Notes: a model not told the origin generated them from the letters alone. DNA of 64,000 nt from an uncultured Bacteroidales bacterium (GCA_963701785.1 CAVPBC010000003.1:320271-384270); one strand, 5' to 3'. Numbered from the stretch's first letter, positions 28,673 through 37,990 are shown. Made by a program: numbers and translations.

Positions 28673-29503
28673 CTATAGGTTGTAAACCCTGAAATCGATT
28701 ATTTCAAGCGTTTTTGGAATATCTTTAATAATATCTTTAGTTGAGATTTTGCCATTGCGACTTTTTGGCGCATCGCTGAAAACCACGTGATACTCCCCAT
28801 CGAAATCAGGCTCTTCGGCAAGAAACATGTATATTCCGTTTACATAGATTTTTACCTTTTGCTGATAAATTTCGCAGGTAAAAGTCAGTTTTTCTTCCTC
28901 CACAAAGAACATCGGGTATGAGAAATTCATCAGTTCCCTTGATCCCTGGACCCCGCCATGAATGGTTAAGGTATATTCTTTCTGGTTTTTCCGCTCCATC
29001 ATCTTTTCAAAAATATCTATCTCCCTGTAACTGTTATCTCCTTCCTCATTTTTTTTAATGAGCCAGTAAGCAAACCAGCTGCCCGGATAACTCCGTGAAG
29101 TATTCAATGTCGCTGAAACCACCTGCCCGGGCCTGACCAGGAACTTGCTTGTTACTATTCCTGAACTGATGGGCTTTTTGACAGTCTCACCTTCCCATCC
29201 TTTCCCCGTTGCCTCATCAGGTGTAGTGCTGATCGCCAGTGAATTGAAACCGGTATTTTGCCTGATCGTCACATTATCCTTCACATAGGTACACAGGTTA
29301 TCCGGTCTTGCAGATCCCCATTCACTTTTATCGGTCACTTTCCAGTTGTCAAGGTTGAGAAAGTTGTCAGCAAGAACCGGTTTGCCGTATTTTTTTTCAA
29401 GGAAATCCAGGATCGCGGGATATTCTATCCTGTTTTTTCTATAACCTGCCCAGAATTTATAAGCTAACAGGGCATTTCTAATCCTGAATTTGGTTTTATT
29501 CAT
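28673..29503 (-). CDS. GH16-like (concanavalin-A-fold glucanase family) protein
   Basis: Carries the catalytic-type motif EIDIFE (ExDxxE). No obvious signal peptide. Confidence 0.45.
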   Translation of the reverse strand: MNKTKFRIRNALLAYKFWAGYRKNRIEYPAILDFLEKKYGKPVLADNFLNLDNWKVTDKSEWGSARPDNLCTYVKDNVTIRQNTGFNSLAISTTPDEATGKGWEGETVKKPISSGIVTSKFLVRPGQVVSATLNTSRSYPGSWFAYWLIKKNEEGDNSYREIDIFEKMMERKNQKEYTLTIHGGVQGSRELMNFSYPMFFVEEEKLTFTCEIYQQKVKIYVNGIYMFLAEEPDFDGEYHVVFSDAPKSRNGKISTKDIIKDIPKTLEIIDFRVYNL

Positions 29504-29566
29504 ATAAAAAGTTTTTGCGTTAGTCCAAAATTAACTAATAAAATGAAACTGCCCAATTGCCCAAAT

Positions 29567-29607
29567 GCCGACTGCCGACTGCTGACTGCCGACTGCTGAC
29601 TGCTGAC
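29567..29607. repeat. (GCCGAC/GCTGAC)n hexamer array
   Basis: gccgactgccgactgctgactgccgactgctgactgctgac. Confidence 0.8.
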
Positions 29608-29614
29608 TTTTTCC

Positions 29615-29622
29615 TACCTTTG
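29615..29622 (+). promoter_or_regulatory. putative -7 box; near-leaderless transcript
   Basis: tacctttg ends 10 nt before ATG 29633. Confidence 0.4.
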
Positions 29623-29632
29623 CCCCTTCATT

Positions 29633-30469
29633 ATGAAATACGTCATCACTATCGCCCTGATCCTCATCATCCTTTACCTCATCGGCAACATGGACTGGGG
29701 CTCGGGTGAAAAGAAGGCTAAAAAGAACAAACCAAAAGAATCAGATATGGCAAAAATGCGTTATGCCAAATGGATCGGCGGTGGCCTGGGCTGGGCCTTC
29801 GGCGGACCTATTGGCGGGATCCTCGGGTTCATTTTCGGCACCATGGTCGACGGGATGCAATCGGGGACATTTGAATACAAACCCACACAATCGGGCGATT
29901 TCAGCGTCAGTTTGCTCGTGCTTTCGGCTGCTGTTATGCGTGCCGACGGGAAGGTGATGAAATCAGAACTGGATTATGTCCGCCTGTTCTTTACCCGTCA
30001 GTTCGGACCGGAAATCGCCGCTAACCGCATCCAGATGCTGCAGGAGATCCTGAAACAGGATTTCAACCTGCCCGAAGTTTGCCAGCAGATCGGTCAGCAC
30101 ATGGAATACCCGGCCCGCTTGCAGTTGCTGCATTACCTTCTCGGAATATGTGCTGTCGACAACCATTATAATCCCAAAGAAGTCGAAATGGTTGATATGA
30201 TTGCCGGCTACCTGGGCATTGACCGGAAGGATTATGAATCCATCCGCGCCATGTTTGTGAAAGATATCGACAGCGCCTACAAAGTCCTTGAAATAACAAC
30301 GGATGCCACCGATGAAGAGGTGAAAGCCGCCTACCGAAAGATGGCCGTGAAATACCATCCGGATAAGGTCGAGCACCTTGGCCCCGAAGTCCAGAAATCT
30401 GCAAAGGAAAAATTCCAGCAACTGCAGGCAGCGTACGAAGAGATCAAGAAACGGAGGGGGATGAAATAG
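29633..30469 (+). CDS. DjlA-like co-chaperone (TM segment + TerB-like domain + C-terminal J domain)
   Basis: The C-terminus YKVLEITTDATDEEVKAAYRKMAVKYHPDK is a J domain with the HPD motif. The middle region LLVLSAAVMRADGKVMKSELDYV is TerB-like. Confidence 0.65.
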   Translation: MKYVITIALILIILYLIGNMDWGSGEKKAKKNKPKESDMAKMRYAKWIGGGLGWAFGGPIGGILGFIFGTMVDGMQSGTFEYKPTQSGDFSVSLLVLSAAVMRADGKVMKSELDYVRLFFTRQFGPEIAANRIQMLQEILKQDFNLPEVCQQIGQHMEYPARLQLLHYLLGICAVDNHYNPKEVEMVDMIAGYLGIDRKDYESIRAMFVKDIDSAYKVLEITTDATDEEVKAAYRKMAVKYHPDKVEHLGPEVQKSAKEKFQQLQAAYEEIKKRRGMK

Positions 30470-30538
30470 CCTCACCCCCTGTCCCCCTCTCCAATTTGGA
30501 GAGGGGGAATAGGGGGCAGGGGGTATAGGGGGTGAGGC
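30469..30538. repeat. GC-rich palindromic element, intergenic copy
   Basis: gcctcaccccctgtccccctctccaatttggagagggggaatagggggcagggggtatagggggtgaggc. Its first G and last C belong to the TAG (30467-69) and CTA (30538-40) stops of the convergent genes. Confidence 0.85.
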
Positions 30539-32502
30539 TAATCATAGAAGCTCCAGCTCAATCCCCATTTAAATGATTGCCCCTGAGATGGGTAGTGTGG
30601 AACCATATAATACCGGTTTTTACTCCAAAGCCCGTTCAGGTGCTGGTATTTGACGAAAATCCGGAACCGTTTGACCATCAGGTTGACAAAAACATCGATG
30701 TAAGGATAGTTCCCGATTTTCTTTTCATCCTGGAGATAAAACATCCTCAATGCGGGCATATATGCGCTGGCATAATAAGCAGTATTATAGGTCAGATCTA
30801 CTCCGGGTTGCAATACTGCCGCATTCTTAAAAAGCGACCAGGTCGGATAAACAGAAACCCGTGCCAGGAAATCAGGCACCCTGATCAGGTCTTTATTTGA
30901 ATTCATCGTATAGACCAACCGTGCGTCAAACCCCCATGCTTTATAACGGTATTCATCCGTAAGATCAAAGCGGATCAGGTTGATGGAGCCCTTGTACTGG
31001 GCAGGGTGTGCTTCCTGGTTCAGGTAAACATAATCGCTGATGAACTGGTATTCGACTTTTCCGACAAGATTACGGTAACGAAGTGAAAAATCGGCCTGCT
31101 GGATGATCTGGTTAGAAAATGAAGTGTCCCAGCGAAAATAATTCGAATTGAAATTCGAGAAAAAATAACCAGCTTCCTGGCTGCTGGTTGTAAAACCGAA
31201 GCGGAGGTTTCCGTCGTTACCCTTTTTGGTACTATATCGTTGATTAAGCACTCCTTTCAGTACAAAACCATTGGTATTGAAATCACCTAAAGTATATTTT
31301 CCGGATAAATGGATATCCATTAACCGGTAAGGCTTAATGACTATCGCGGCTTCCGGTACCAGGTTTTTAAACCTGTTTTCAGTAAGAGAATCGGAAATGG
31401 TCGTTCGTTTTGTAGTTATTGCAACTACGATCAGCAGGTACTTTTTTTCTGTAATATCTCCCATTCTCAGGTTTGACCAGGAGAAGCGGTTTTCAAATGA
31501 ATTGATCAGAAGCGAATCGTAGGTTTCGTTCGAATCGAGCACCGGGTCGAAGGGCTGATAAAACTCTACAAGCGGCTCATCATCACTGTATATCTGGATT
31601 TGCTTCTTATAATTGAAAGTGTAATCGATCCGGCCTGCATGAAATGCCGGAGGCCTCATTTTTACGGAATCGATAATCTCCGGCTTGCCTGACAGGTAGA
31701 AATATGAATTGGCCATAACACCTGATTCTTTGACCAGGTTTTGTGCAGTTGTAAGATGAACATTGAATAGTCGTGTATCTGTTTCGAGATTTTCTTCAAA
31801 TACGGTATCGTTTACAATTCCGCCGTTTTCCCGGACTACGAATTTATTATGCCGGTAATTGGCAATCGTGCCGAATCTCAGGTTTTTAGTATAATACTGT
31901 CCGGTAAAAACAACACTTTTATCATCCGATTTCTGATTGTTATAATCACCAGGGGAATTGATCAGGAAAAAATCGACCCCGAGAGTGACAGTTCGTTTTA
32001 TAGTAGAGCTGTGGACTACACGGAAGACCTGTTCTTTTTCAGGGCCACTGTCATAGACCAGGTAGGTCACCGGGATCAGGTGCCGGAAGTACCTTGTACT
32101 TTCATTAGTGAAAGTATATGCGTCAAAGGACTCCATGCCGGTATAGAATCCATCCGACAGCACCGGCTGGAAGACCAGGTTTTTATAAGCCAGGCCGATA
32201 TTTGAAGAACTGGCGCTGAACCTCCCGTTTTGTTCGAGCGGATTGTAACGGTGAAATCCTGTCAGCCGGTCACCCTTTGCGGTATAGAACCTGCCAATCG
32301 CAAGGCTATCGGTCCGGTTAAAATAGTAAACAATGGTGGCTGTATCATGGATATGGAGGAGGGAATCGAGTTTGTCGGCGAAGAGGGAAGTAGGTAACAG
32401 GATAATGAAAAGCAGGGAAGCTTGGAAGCGGGGAAGCGGGGCAGAAAAAAAATTGATTAAATTAAACATCATGGAGAATTGCTCAAAAATAAAACGGTCC
32501 AC
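30538..32502 (-). CDS. putative outer-membrane beta-barrel porin (Bacteroidota putative-porin family)
   Basis: Has a signal-like N-terminus and alternating beta-strand-like sequence. The C-terminus ends ...FKWGLSWSFYD. Family assignment is from memory only. Confidence 0.45.
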   Translation of the reverse strand: MDRFIFEQFSMMFNLINFFSAPLPRFQASLLFIILLPTSLFADKLDSLLHIHDTATIVYYFNRTDSLAIGRFYTAKGDRLTGFHRYNPLEQNGRFSASSSNIGLAYKNLVFQPVLSDGFYTGMESFDAYTFTNESTRYFRHLIPVTYLVYDSGPEKEQVFRVVHSSTIKRTVTLGVDFFLINSPGDYNNQKSDDKSVVFTGQYYTKNLRFGTIANYRHNKFVVRENGGIVNDTVFEENLETDTRLFNVHLTTAQNLVKESGVMANSYFYLSGKPEIIDSVKMRPPAFHAGRIDYTFNYKKQIQIYSDDEPLVEFYQPFDPVLDSNETYDSLLINSFENRFSWSNLRMGDITEKKYLLIVVAITTKRTTISDSLTENRFKNLVPEAAIVIKPYRLMDIHLSGKYTLGDFNTNGFVLKGVLNQRYSTKKGNDGNLRFGFTTSSQEAGYFFSNFNSNYFRWDTSFSNQIIQQADFSLRYRNLVGKVEYQFISDYVYLNQEAHPAQYKGSINLIRFDLTDEYRYKAWGFDARLVYTMNSNKDLIRVPDFLARVSVYPTWSLFKNAAVLQPGVDLTYNTAYYASAYMPALRMFYLQDEKKIGNYPYIDVFVNLMVKRFRIFVKYQHLNGLWSKNRYYMVPHYPSQGQSFKWGLSWSFYD

Positions 32503-32542
32503 AAAGAGTTTTATTTTTCAAAAGTACTCAAATCCTCATTGA

Positions 32543-32653
32543 TTAACCACTAAGGCGCACAAAGTACAACACAAAGGAACACAAAGTAATAATTTGTCTA
32601 TTGACCGGCCTTCGTGCGCCTTCGTGAAATCCTTCGTGCGCCTTCGTGGTTAA
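32543..32653. repeat. word-repeat hairpin (ccttcgtg words and degenerate inverse copies)
   Basis: ttaaccactaaggcgcacaaag... pairs with ...ccttcgtgcgccttcgtggttaa. It lies just after the ABC-F stop. Confidence 0.8.
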
Positions 32654-32658
32654 AGTCT

Positions 32659-34524
32659 TTAAATTGCCAGATCACTCAATTCAATCCACCTTTCAGATTT
32701 CACCTCAATCTCCTTCATGATCTCCCCAAGACGTTCAGAGCTTTTTATAAGTTTTTCGGGGGAAAGGGTGCTGTCGTTGAATGATGATTCGATGGCTGAC
32801 TTTTCTTTTTCGAGCAAATCAAGGTCTAGTTCGAGCTGCTGTAGCTCCTGTTTTTCTTTATAGGTCAGCCCGGGCTTCTTTTCCCTGGAAGGTTTTTCGG
32901 TAAGTTGTTCCTTTGCCTTCTGGCTGGCTTTCCTCTTTTGTTCAAGCGCTTCGGTGTGATCTTTCCAGATCGAATAATTACCGGGGAAATCCTTGATTTT
33001 GGCATTTCCTTCAAACACGAAAAGGTGGTCGACGATCTTATCGAGGAAATAGCGGTCATGGGTGACGACCATCACACAGCCGTTAAAAGACGCAAGATAT
33101 TCTTCCAGGATATTCAGGGTGAGGATGTCGAGGTCGTTTGTAGGCTCATCAAGGATGAGGAAATTCGGATGCTGCATGAGGACTGTAACAAGATAGAGCC
33201 TTCTTTTTTCACCACCGCTTAGTTTATAAACGAATTGATTATGAGTATTGTAGGGGAAGAGGAAATAATTGAGGAAGGCCGCTGCTGATATAGAATCCCC
33301 GTTGCTCATCACCACTTCATCAGCAATTTCACGCACCACATCGATTACCGTGGCCAGCTCCTTAAATACCAGCCCTTCCTGCCGGTAAAAGCCGAATTTT
33401 ACCGTCTCCCCGGGATCGACCCTTCCTTTTTGTGGCTTGATCCTGCAGGTCAGAAGGTCGAGGAAAGTGCTTTTACCCGTCCCATTACGGCCTATTATGC
33501 CAACCTTTTCATTCTTTTTAAACGTATAGCTGAAATGATCAACCACCGGGACGCCCGGCCAGGAAAACGAAATATCTTTTACCTCAATGATCTTATTTCC
33601 AAGTCTTTCTCCCTGGATATTCAACCTGATACGCTCATCGAAGACTTTCTGTGATGCTTTTTCCCTGATCTCGTAATAACTGTCGATCCGTGCTTTTGAC
33701 TTGGTAGTTCTTGCTTTCGGCATGCGGTTCATCCATTCCTGTTCGGTGCGGAGGATGTTCCGGGCTTTATCTGTTTCCTTATTCTGGATATCTATCCTCA
33801 GCGCCTGGTGTTCCAGGAAATAGGAATAATTGCCTTTGTAGCGGTACAGCGCACCTGTTTCCAACTCAATGATCTCGTTGCACACCCGGTCGAGGAAATA
33901 GCGGTCATGGGTAACCATCAGCAGGGTAGAGGAGGAGCGGGAAAGGAAAGCTTCCAGCCATTCGATCATATCAATATCCAGGTGGTTGGTGGGCTCGTCC
34001 AGTATCAGGAACGACGGGTCGGTGATAAGCGTCCTGGCCAGCGCCACCCTTTTCCTTTGCCCGCCTGAAAGCTCGCCGATTTTCTGGCCCAGATCATTTA
34101 TTTTGAAGGTAGAAAGGATTTGTTTCACCCTCGTTTCGTATTCCCAGCCGTTGCAGGCGTCCATTTGCTCGGTAGCAAGCTGCAGGGCTTTTTGATCGTG
34201 TGTTTCCAGGGCCTGCTCATAGCTCAGGATCGTGCGCTGGATGGCATTTGCCGATTCATAGACCTCTTCGAATACAGTGTTGGATTCATTGAGTTCCGGG
34301 TCCTGCTTGAGATATCCGTATGAGATATCCGGGAAGATTACAGCGCTTCCTTCATCGGAGCTTTCCAGGCCGGCGATGGTATTGAGGATGCTCGTCTTGC
34401 CCGTGCCGTTCCTGGCGATCAATGCCACTTTTTGCCCTTCAGCGATCGTGAAGGAGATGTTTTTAAAGAGTACTTTTTCGCCGTAGACCCGGCTCAGGTT
34501 CGTGACCTCGAGGAATGTCCGCAC
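32659..34524 (-). CDS. ABC-F family ATPase (two ABC domains, C-terminal coiled coil)
   Basis: Two Walker A sites (ARNGTGKTS, GRNGTGKST) and two signatures (LSGGQRKR, LSGGEKRR). GTG 34524 is the proposed start because the ORF-track N-terminus translates a repeat element. Confidence 0.85.
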   Translation of the reverse strand: MRTFLEVTNLSRVYGEKVLFKNISFTIAEGQKVALIARNGTGKTSILNTIAGLESSDEGSAVIFPDISYGYLKQDPELNESNTVFEEVYESANAIQRTILSYEQALETHDQKALQLATEQMDACNGWEYETRVKQILSTFKINDLGQKIGELSGGQRKRVALARTLITDPSFLILDEPTNHLDIDMIEWLEAFLSRSSSTLLMVTHDRYFLDRVCNEIIELETGALYRYKGNYSYFLEHQALRIDIQNKETDKARNILRTEQEWMNRMPKARTTKSKARIDSYYEIREKASQKVFDERIRLNIQGERLGNKIIEVKDISFSWPGVPVVDHFSYTFKKNEKVGIIGRNGTGKSTFLDLLTCRIKPQKGRVDPGETVKFGFYRQEGLVFKELATVIDVVREIADEVVMSNGDSISAAAFLNYFLFPYNTHNQFVYKLSGGEKRRLYLVTVLMQHPNFLILDEPTNDLDILTLNILEEYLASFNGCVMVVTHDRYFLDKIVDHLFVFEGNAKIKDFPGNYSIWKDHTEALEQKRKASQKAKEQLTEKPSREKKPGLTYKEKQELQQLELDLDLLEKEKSAIESSFNDSTLSPEKLIKSSERLGEIMKEIEVKSERWIELSDLAI

Positions 34525-34583
34525 GTGGATTGAATTTGGCGCAAAGATAGGTAAAGGAAGCACTAAATGGTAAGCTCCAAGCA

Positions 34584-34607
34584 CCAAGCACCAAATTCCA
34601 AACAAAT
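34584..34607. repeat. 24-nt perfect direct repeat, left copy
   Basis: ccaagcaccaaattccaaacaaat is identical to 35281-35304 and differs by one mismatch from 28555-28578. Confidence 0.85.
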
Positions 34608-34653
34608 TCCAAATCCAAACCGAAAGTAAACGCTATATATTAGTTAGCTGAAT

Positions 34654-34896
34654 TTAAATTTTCCCTTCGTATAAATCCCAGATAGGAAAGCACATTTCAT
34701 AATCATTCCAGACAATATCCCCATATTCGATTTTGTAATTCCTGAATATTTTTTTATCGAGGTATTTCCTGACCATGGGATTTTTTGCATTCCTTAAAAA
34801 AGGTCCAAAATCAATTTCTTTTTCTATTCCGTTAGAAAACAAAAGTTTTATTTTGTAATCTCCTAAGAATTCTGCACTTGTTATTGAAATGACCAT
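34654..34896 (-). CDS. DUF2442 domain protein
   Basis: Translation MVISITSAEFLGDYKIKLLFSNGIEKEIDF...YGDIVWNDYEMCFPIWDLY. It is the typical partner of DUF4160. Confidence 0.75.
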   Translation of the reverse strand: MVISITSAEFLGDYKIKLLFSNGIEKEIDFGPFLRNAKNPMVRKYLDKKIFRNYKIEYGDIVWNDYEMCFPIWDLYEGKI

Positions 34897-34900
34897 TTCC

Positions 34901-35203
34901 TTAAATTTTCTTTGTTATTTTTTCAGGTGTAATTTCAAGGTTGTAAACAAAATAATCTATCCATTTCCTCACAATATCGTCCCGGTATAACTCTATGATT
35001 TTCCGGAACTTCTTTAAATTCTGAACATCAAGTGGTTCTTTGCCCGGGACTTCTTTAATGATGATCTCTTTAAATTTACCATTTTCAAAAACTATTTCTG
35101 CTTTGCTTTCTTTATCCTGGAATTTTCCATGCACATGTATAGGCTCATGTTCATTGGAATAAAAAAGAAAAATCAAACCGAAATATTCATAAAGTTTTGG
35201 CAT
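34901..35203 (-). CDS. DUF4160 domain protein
   Basis: Translation MPKLYEYFGLIFLFYSNEHEPIHVHGKF... matches the MP.I..F.G..I..Y..EH.P.H.H pattern. The upstream ORF-track extension translates a repeat. Confidence 0.75.
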   Translation of the reverse strand: MPKLYEYFGLIFLFYSNEHEPIHVHGKFQDKESKAEIVFENGKFKEIIIKEVPGKEPLDVQNLKKFRKIIELYRDDIVRKWIDYFVYNLEITPEKITKKI

Positions 35204-35280
35204 AAAAGTTATCTTTTCACAAAGATAATCATTTTGGCTGCTTTCTTCAATAGCCTCTCGATACTTAAAAATCCCAAATC

Positions 35281-35304
35281 CCAAGCACCAAATTCCAAAC
35301 AAAT
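35281..35304. repeat. 24-nt perfect direct repeat, right copy
   Basis: ccaagcaccaaattccaaacaaat. Confidence 0.85.
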
Positions 35305-35497
35305 CCAAAACCAAAAAATTCAAAAATCAAAATTTACATCGACCATCGAAAATCGGCCATCGACAATCGAAAATGATTTATAATCTTAGCTGACCCAATT
35401 AAGCAAAATACAGTCAGTATGATATCCGGATTTATACTGGCATACTTCCGCTGTGGGATGATGTCGGCAGGTTAATTAGATTTCTCCTCTTTTTTAC

Positions 35498-35574
35498 CAC
35501 AATAGGCACAATAGGGCACATAGGAAACGCAATAGATCTATGTGTTTTCTATGTGTTCTACTGTGCCTATGTGG
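35498..35574. repeat. cacatag-family hairpin, copy 2
   Basis: Shares atagatctatgtgttttctatgtgt with 5934-6006. It lies in a divergent spacer. Confidence 0.8.
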
Positions 35575-35641
35575 TTTATCTTAAATCATTTCCACAAATT
35601 TATTTTTTTCTTTATACAAATCATTTCAACATGAATGATGT

Positions 35642-35815
35642 ATGAAATCCCTTCTCACCTTCTCACTTTTTCTCCTCCTCTCCACAAGCCTCATGGGACA
35701 GCGCGAAGCGGACAACTGGGTACTAGGCTATTGGGCCGGATTGAATTTTTCAACCGGCGATCCAGTACCGTTTTTTTTGGCCCAGTCGATCCCAGCATAT
35801 CGCTCATCCGGCTAA
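35642..35815 (+). pseudogene. 5' remnant (57 codons) of a large T9SS-type surface protein gene
   Basis: Translation MKSLLTFSLFLLLSTSLMGQREADNWVLGYWAGLNFSTGDP is the usual N-terminus of gliding-associated C-terminal-domain proteins. The frame stops after 57 aa and no other frame continues it. Confidence 0.5.
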
Positions 35816-36028
35816 TCTGGATTATCATCTTAACCGTAAGTTACTGCTGAAATTATTGACTTCTATTGAAAAGTTCACTATATTTCGACTTGAAATCAAG
35901 CTGCACCAACTAATACAATTCTGCCAAAAATTGTCCTTGTTTTAAAAAATGATTTCCAGGATTTTTGAGACCGAACGAATCGCATGATAATAAATTCATT
36001 TAATTATTAACTTATAAACCTGATCGTT

Positions 36029-37789
36029 ATGAAAAAAATGGGATTATTACAAGGCATTATGATCGTGCTGACAATGCTGGGGATTGGTCACACCTACGCC
36101 CAGTGGTCCTACAACAGCACAAACATTTACAACAACAATACCGGAAATGTCGGAATAGGCAACAATTCACCAACAAAATTGCTCAATGTTGGAAAGAATA
36201 TGACCGAACCTACAGTGCTTATCCGGAATTTCGGAGGGATCGGCGGTGCTACTTTCGAAATGATCGATGATGCCAGCGGTGCCGACTGGAAGTTCAAAGC
36301 CACGCTTAACGGCGGATTCAAAATCCGCGATAACGCTTATGGCCTGGATGTCATCACTATTGAAGCCAATAGTGCTGCCAACGCTTTATACATTAATAAC
36401 ATCGGTTACGTAGGATTCGGTACTGACAATCCGACCTCCAGAATAACTGTTGAGTCCGGAGATGTCAAAATCCGCGACAATTATGCATACTTTTATGCAG
36501 ACAATACAGGGGACAATCTCAATTCGGGCCTTCAGTGCCAGTATAACGGGGTCGGCAAAGCTTGGTTATTTTATGATGAAGGGGAGTCTTTGCTAAGAAT
36601 CAACTGTGATGGAGGAGGCGGAGGCAGAAATGACTTTATCATTCAGTCCGACGGCGATATCGGGATCGGAACCACCACCCCGGCAGGTGGGATGGAGGTT
36701 TATACCGACGACGAGACCTATGCCATCTTCGGGGATAATGCATGGAACCCTCACTATTTTTATCACCTTGAAATAGCTGGTGACGGAGACGGCCAATCAG
36801 CGCTTTATGGATTTCGTGCTCGAAATGTACAAAATGATGGAAGCGATTATGGTTTATCCAACTCAAACTCTGCCGTTAAGGGCTATAATTTTATGGGTGA
36901 CCAATACACATTCGGTGTTTCCGGGTACACTTATGATGATTATACACGTTGCGGAGGAGTAATAGGCTTTATATATCATACGGGAACTAGCTGGGGATCC
37001 CTGGGATACAAGAACAGCGGCGGAAATTGTTATGGTGGGTATTTTACCAGCACTGCCTCCGGAGGAGGTAAAAGCAGCGCCACGGCGAATATCGGAATCG
37101 GCCTTGCCGCGTGGGGTGACTTAATGGGTGCGGATATCCACGGGAAAACATACGGGTTATATACAGAAGGTGAAAACTATGCAATGTTTGCCCACGGGAC
37201 CACTTTCAGAGATAACCTGGATGTCCACCTCCAGCAAAACGGTACTGAAACGAGTACGGTGCTTTATACCCATGTCTCTACAGAAGCAACTGTACAGACT
37301 TCAGGAGCGGCTAAACTCACGAACGGAAAATCCACCATCGCTTTTGATCCTGACTTTATCAATACGGTTTCAGCTTCAGAGCCGGTGATAGTAACGGTTA
37401 CTCCTACAGGAAATTCTAACGGAGTCTATATTTCAAAAGTCACCAGCGCCGGGTTCACGGTTATTGAAAATAATGCCGGGAGAAGCAATGTTACTGTCAA
37501 CTACATTGCCATCGGAAAGCGTGCAGGACATGAAAATCCGAGCCTTCCGGCAGAGGTCATAGACGCTGAATACACTAATAACATAGCCAGGGGACTTACC
37601 CCGGATACTGTTCTGGATCATAATGGCGAAGGGCTGTACTACGCAAATGGGCAGCTGGTGGTCGGAAGGCATCCTTCTACTTATCCTGATCCGAATGTTC
37701 AGAAGGAGGAGATTGAGCGGCACATCGAATTTACCGGGAACAAAGACTTTCTGAATGATTCTGCTGGCAATGGGGTAGAGGATAAATAA
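36029..37789 (+). CDS. secreted protein of unknown function with repeated G-x-[VI]-G-[IF]-G-[TN]-x-x-P motifs
   Basis: Has a signal peptide. The motifs are GNVGIGNNSPTKLLNV, GYVGFGTDNPTSRITV and GDIGIGTTTPAGGMEV. Confidence 0.65.
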   Translation: MKKMGLLQGIMIVLTMLGIGHTYAQWSYNSTNIYNNNTGNVGIGNNSPTKLLNVGKNMTEPTVLIRNFGGIGGATFEMIDDASGADWKFKATLNGGFKIRDNAYGLDVITIEANSAANALYINNIGYVGFGTDNPTSRITVESGDVKIRDNYAYFYADNTGDNLNSGLQCQYNGVGKAWLFYDEGESLLRINCDGGGGGRNDFIIQSDGDIGIGTTTPAGGMEVYTDDETYAIFGDNAWNPHYFYHLEIAGDGDGQSALYGFRARNVQNDGSDYGLSNSNSAVKGYNFMGDQYTFGVSGYTYDDYTRCGGVIGFIYHTGTSWGSLGYKNSGGNCYGGYFTSTASGGGKSSATANIGIGLAAWGDLMGADIHGKTYGLYTEGENYAMFAHGTTFRDNLDVHLQQNGTETSTVLYTHVSTEATVQTSGAAKLTNGKSTIAFDPDFINTVSASEPVIVTVTPTGNSNGVYISKVTSAGFTVIENNAGRSNVTVNYIAIGKRAGHENPSLPAEVIDAEYTNNIARGLTPDTVLDHNGEGLYYANGQLVVGRHPSTYPDPNVQKEEIERHIEFTGNKDFLNDSAGNGVEDK

Positions 37790-37835
37790 TCTTAATTATC
37801 ATTTCGTGAAAGTCACGAATGTCTGGCGGCAGCAT

Positions 37836-37875
37836 AAAAAAAAGAGGATGATCATTTCTGATACATCCTCTTTTA
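37836..37875. terminator. bidirectional terminator candidate between the 586-aa gene and the 5S rRNA
   Basis: An A-run, then stem agaggatg/catcctct, then a T-run. Confidence 0.5.
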
Positions 37876-37884
37876 AATAAATTC

Positions 37885-37990
37885 TGGCGACGACATACTC
37901 TCCCACAACGAATGCAGTACCATCTGCGCTGGCGGGCTTAACGACTCTGTTCGGAATGGGAAGAGGTGGACCCCGCCGCTATAGTCACCA
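37885..37990 (-). rRNA. rrf: 5S rRNA
   Basis: The reverse complement reads tggtgactatagcggcggggtccacctcttcccattccgaacagag...gtcgtcgcca, with helix I closing the two ends. Confidence 0.85.

Noticed and set aside
34525-34605. N-terminal extensions offered by the ORF track (ABC-F from 34605, DUF4160 from 35323, tpiA from 9576, pckA from 22092, hicB from 25597, smpB from 56095, folP from 2232)
   Set aside because: The extensions translate repeat elements (FGIWCL... from the attccaaa words), or they begin at TTG/GTG codons lying inside predicted -7 boxes. The conserved protein N-termini start at the internal codons used in the feature table.
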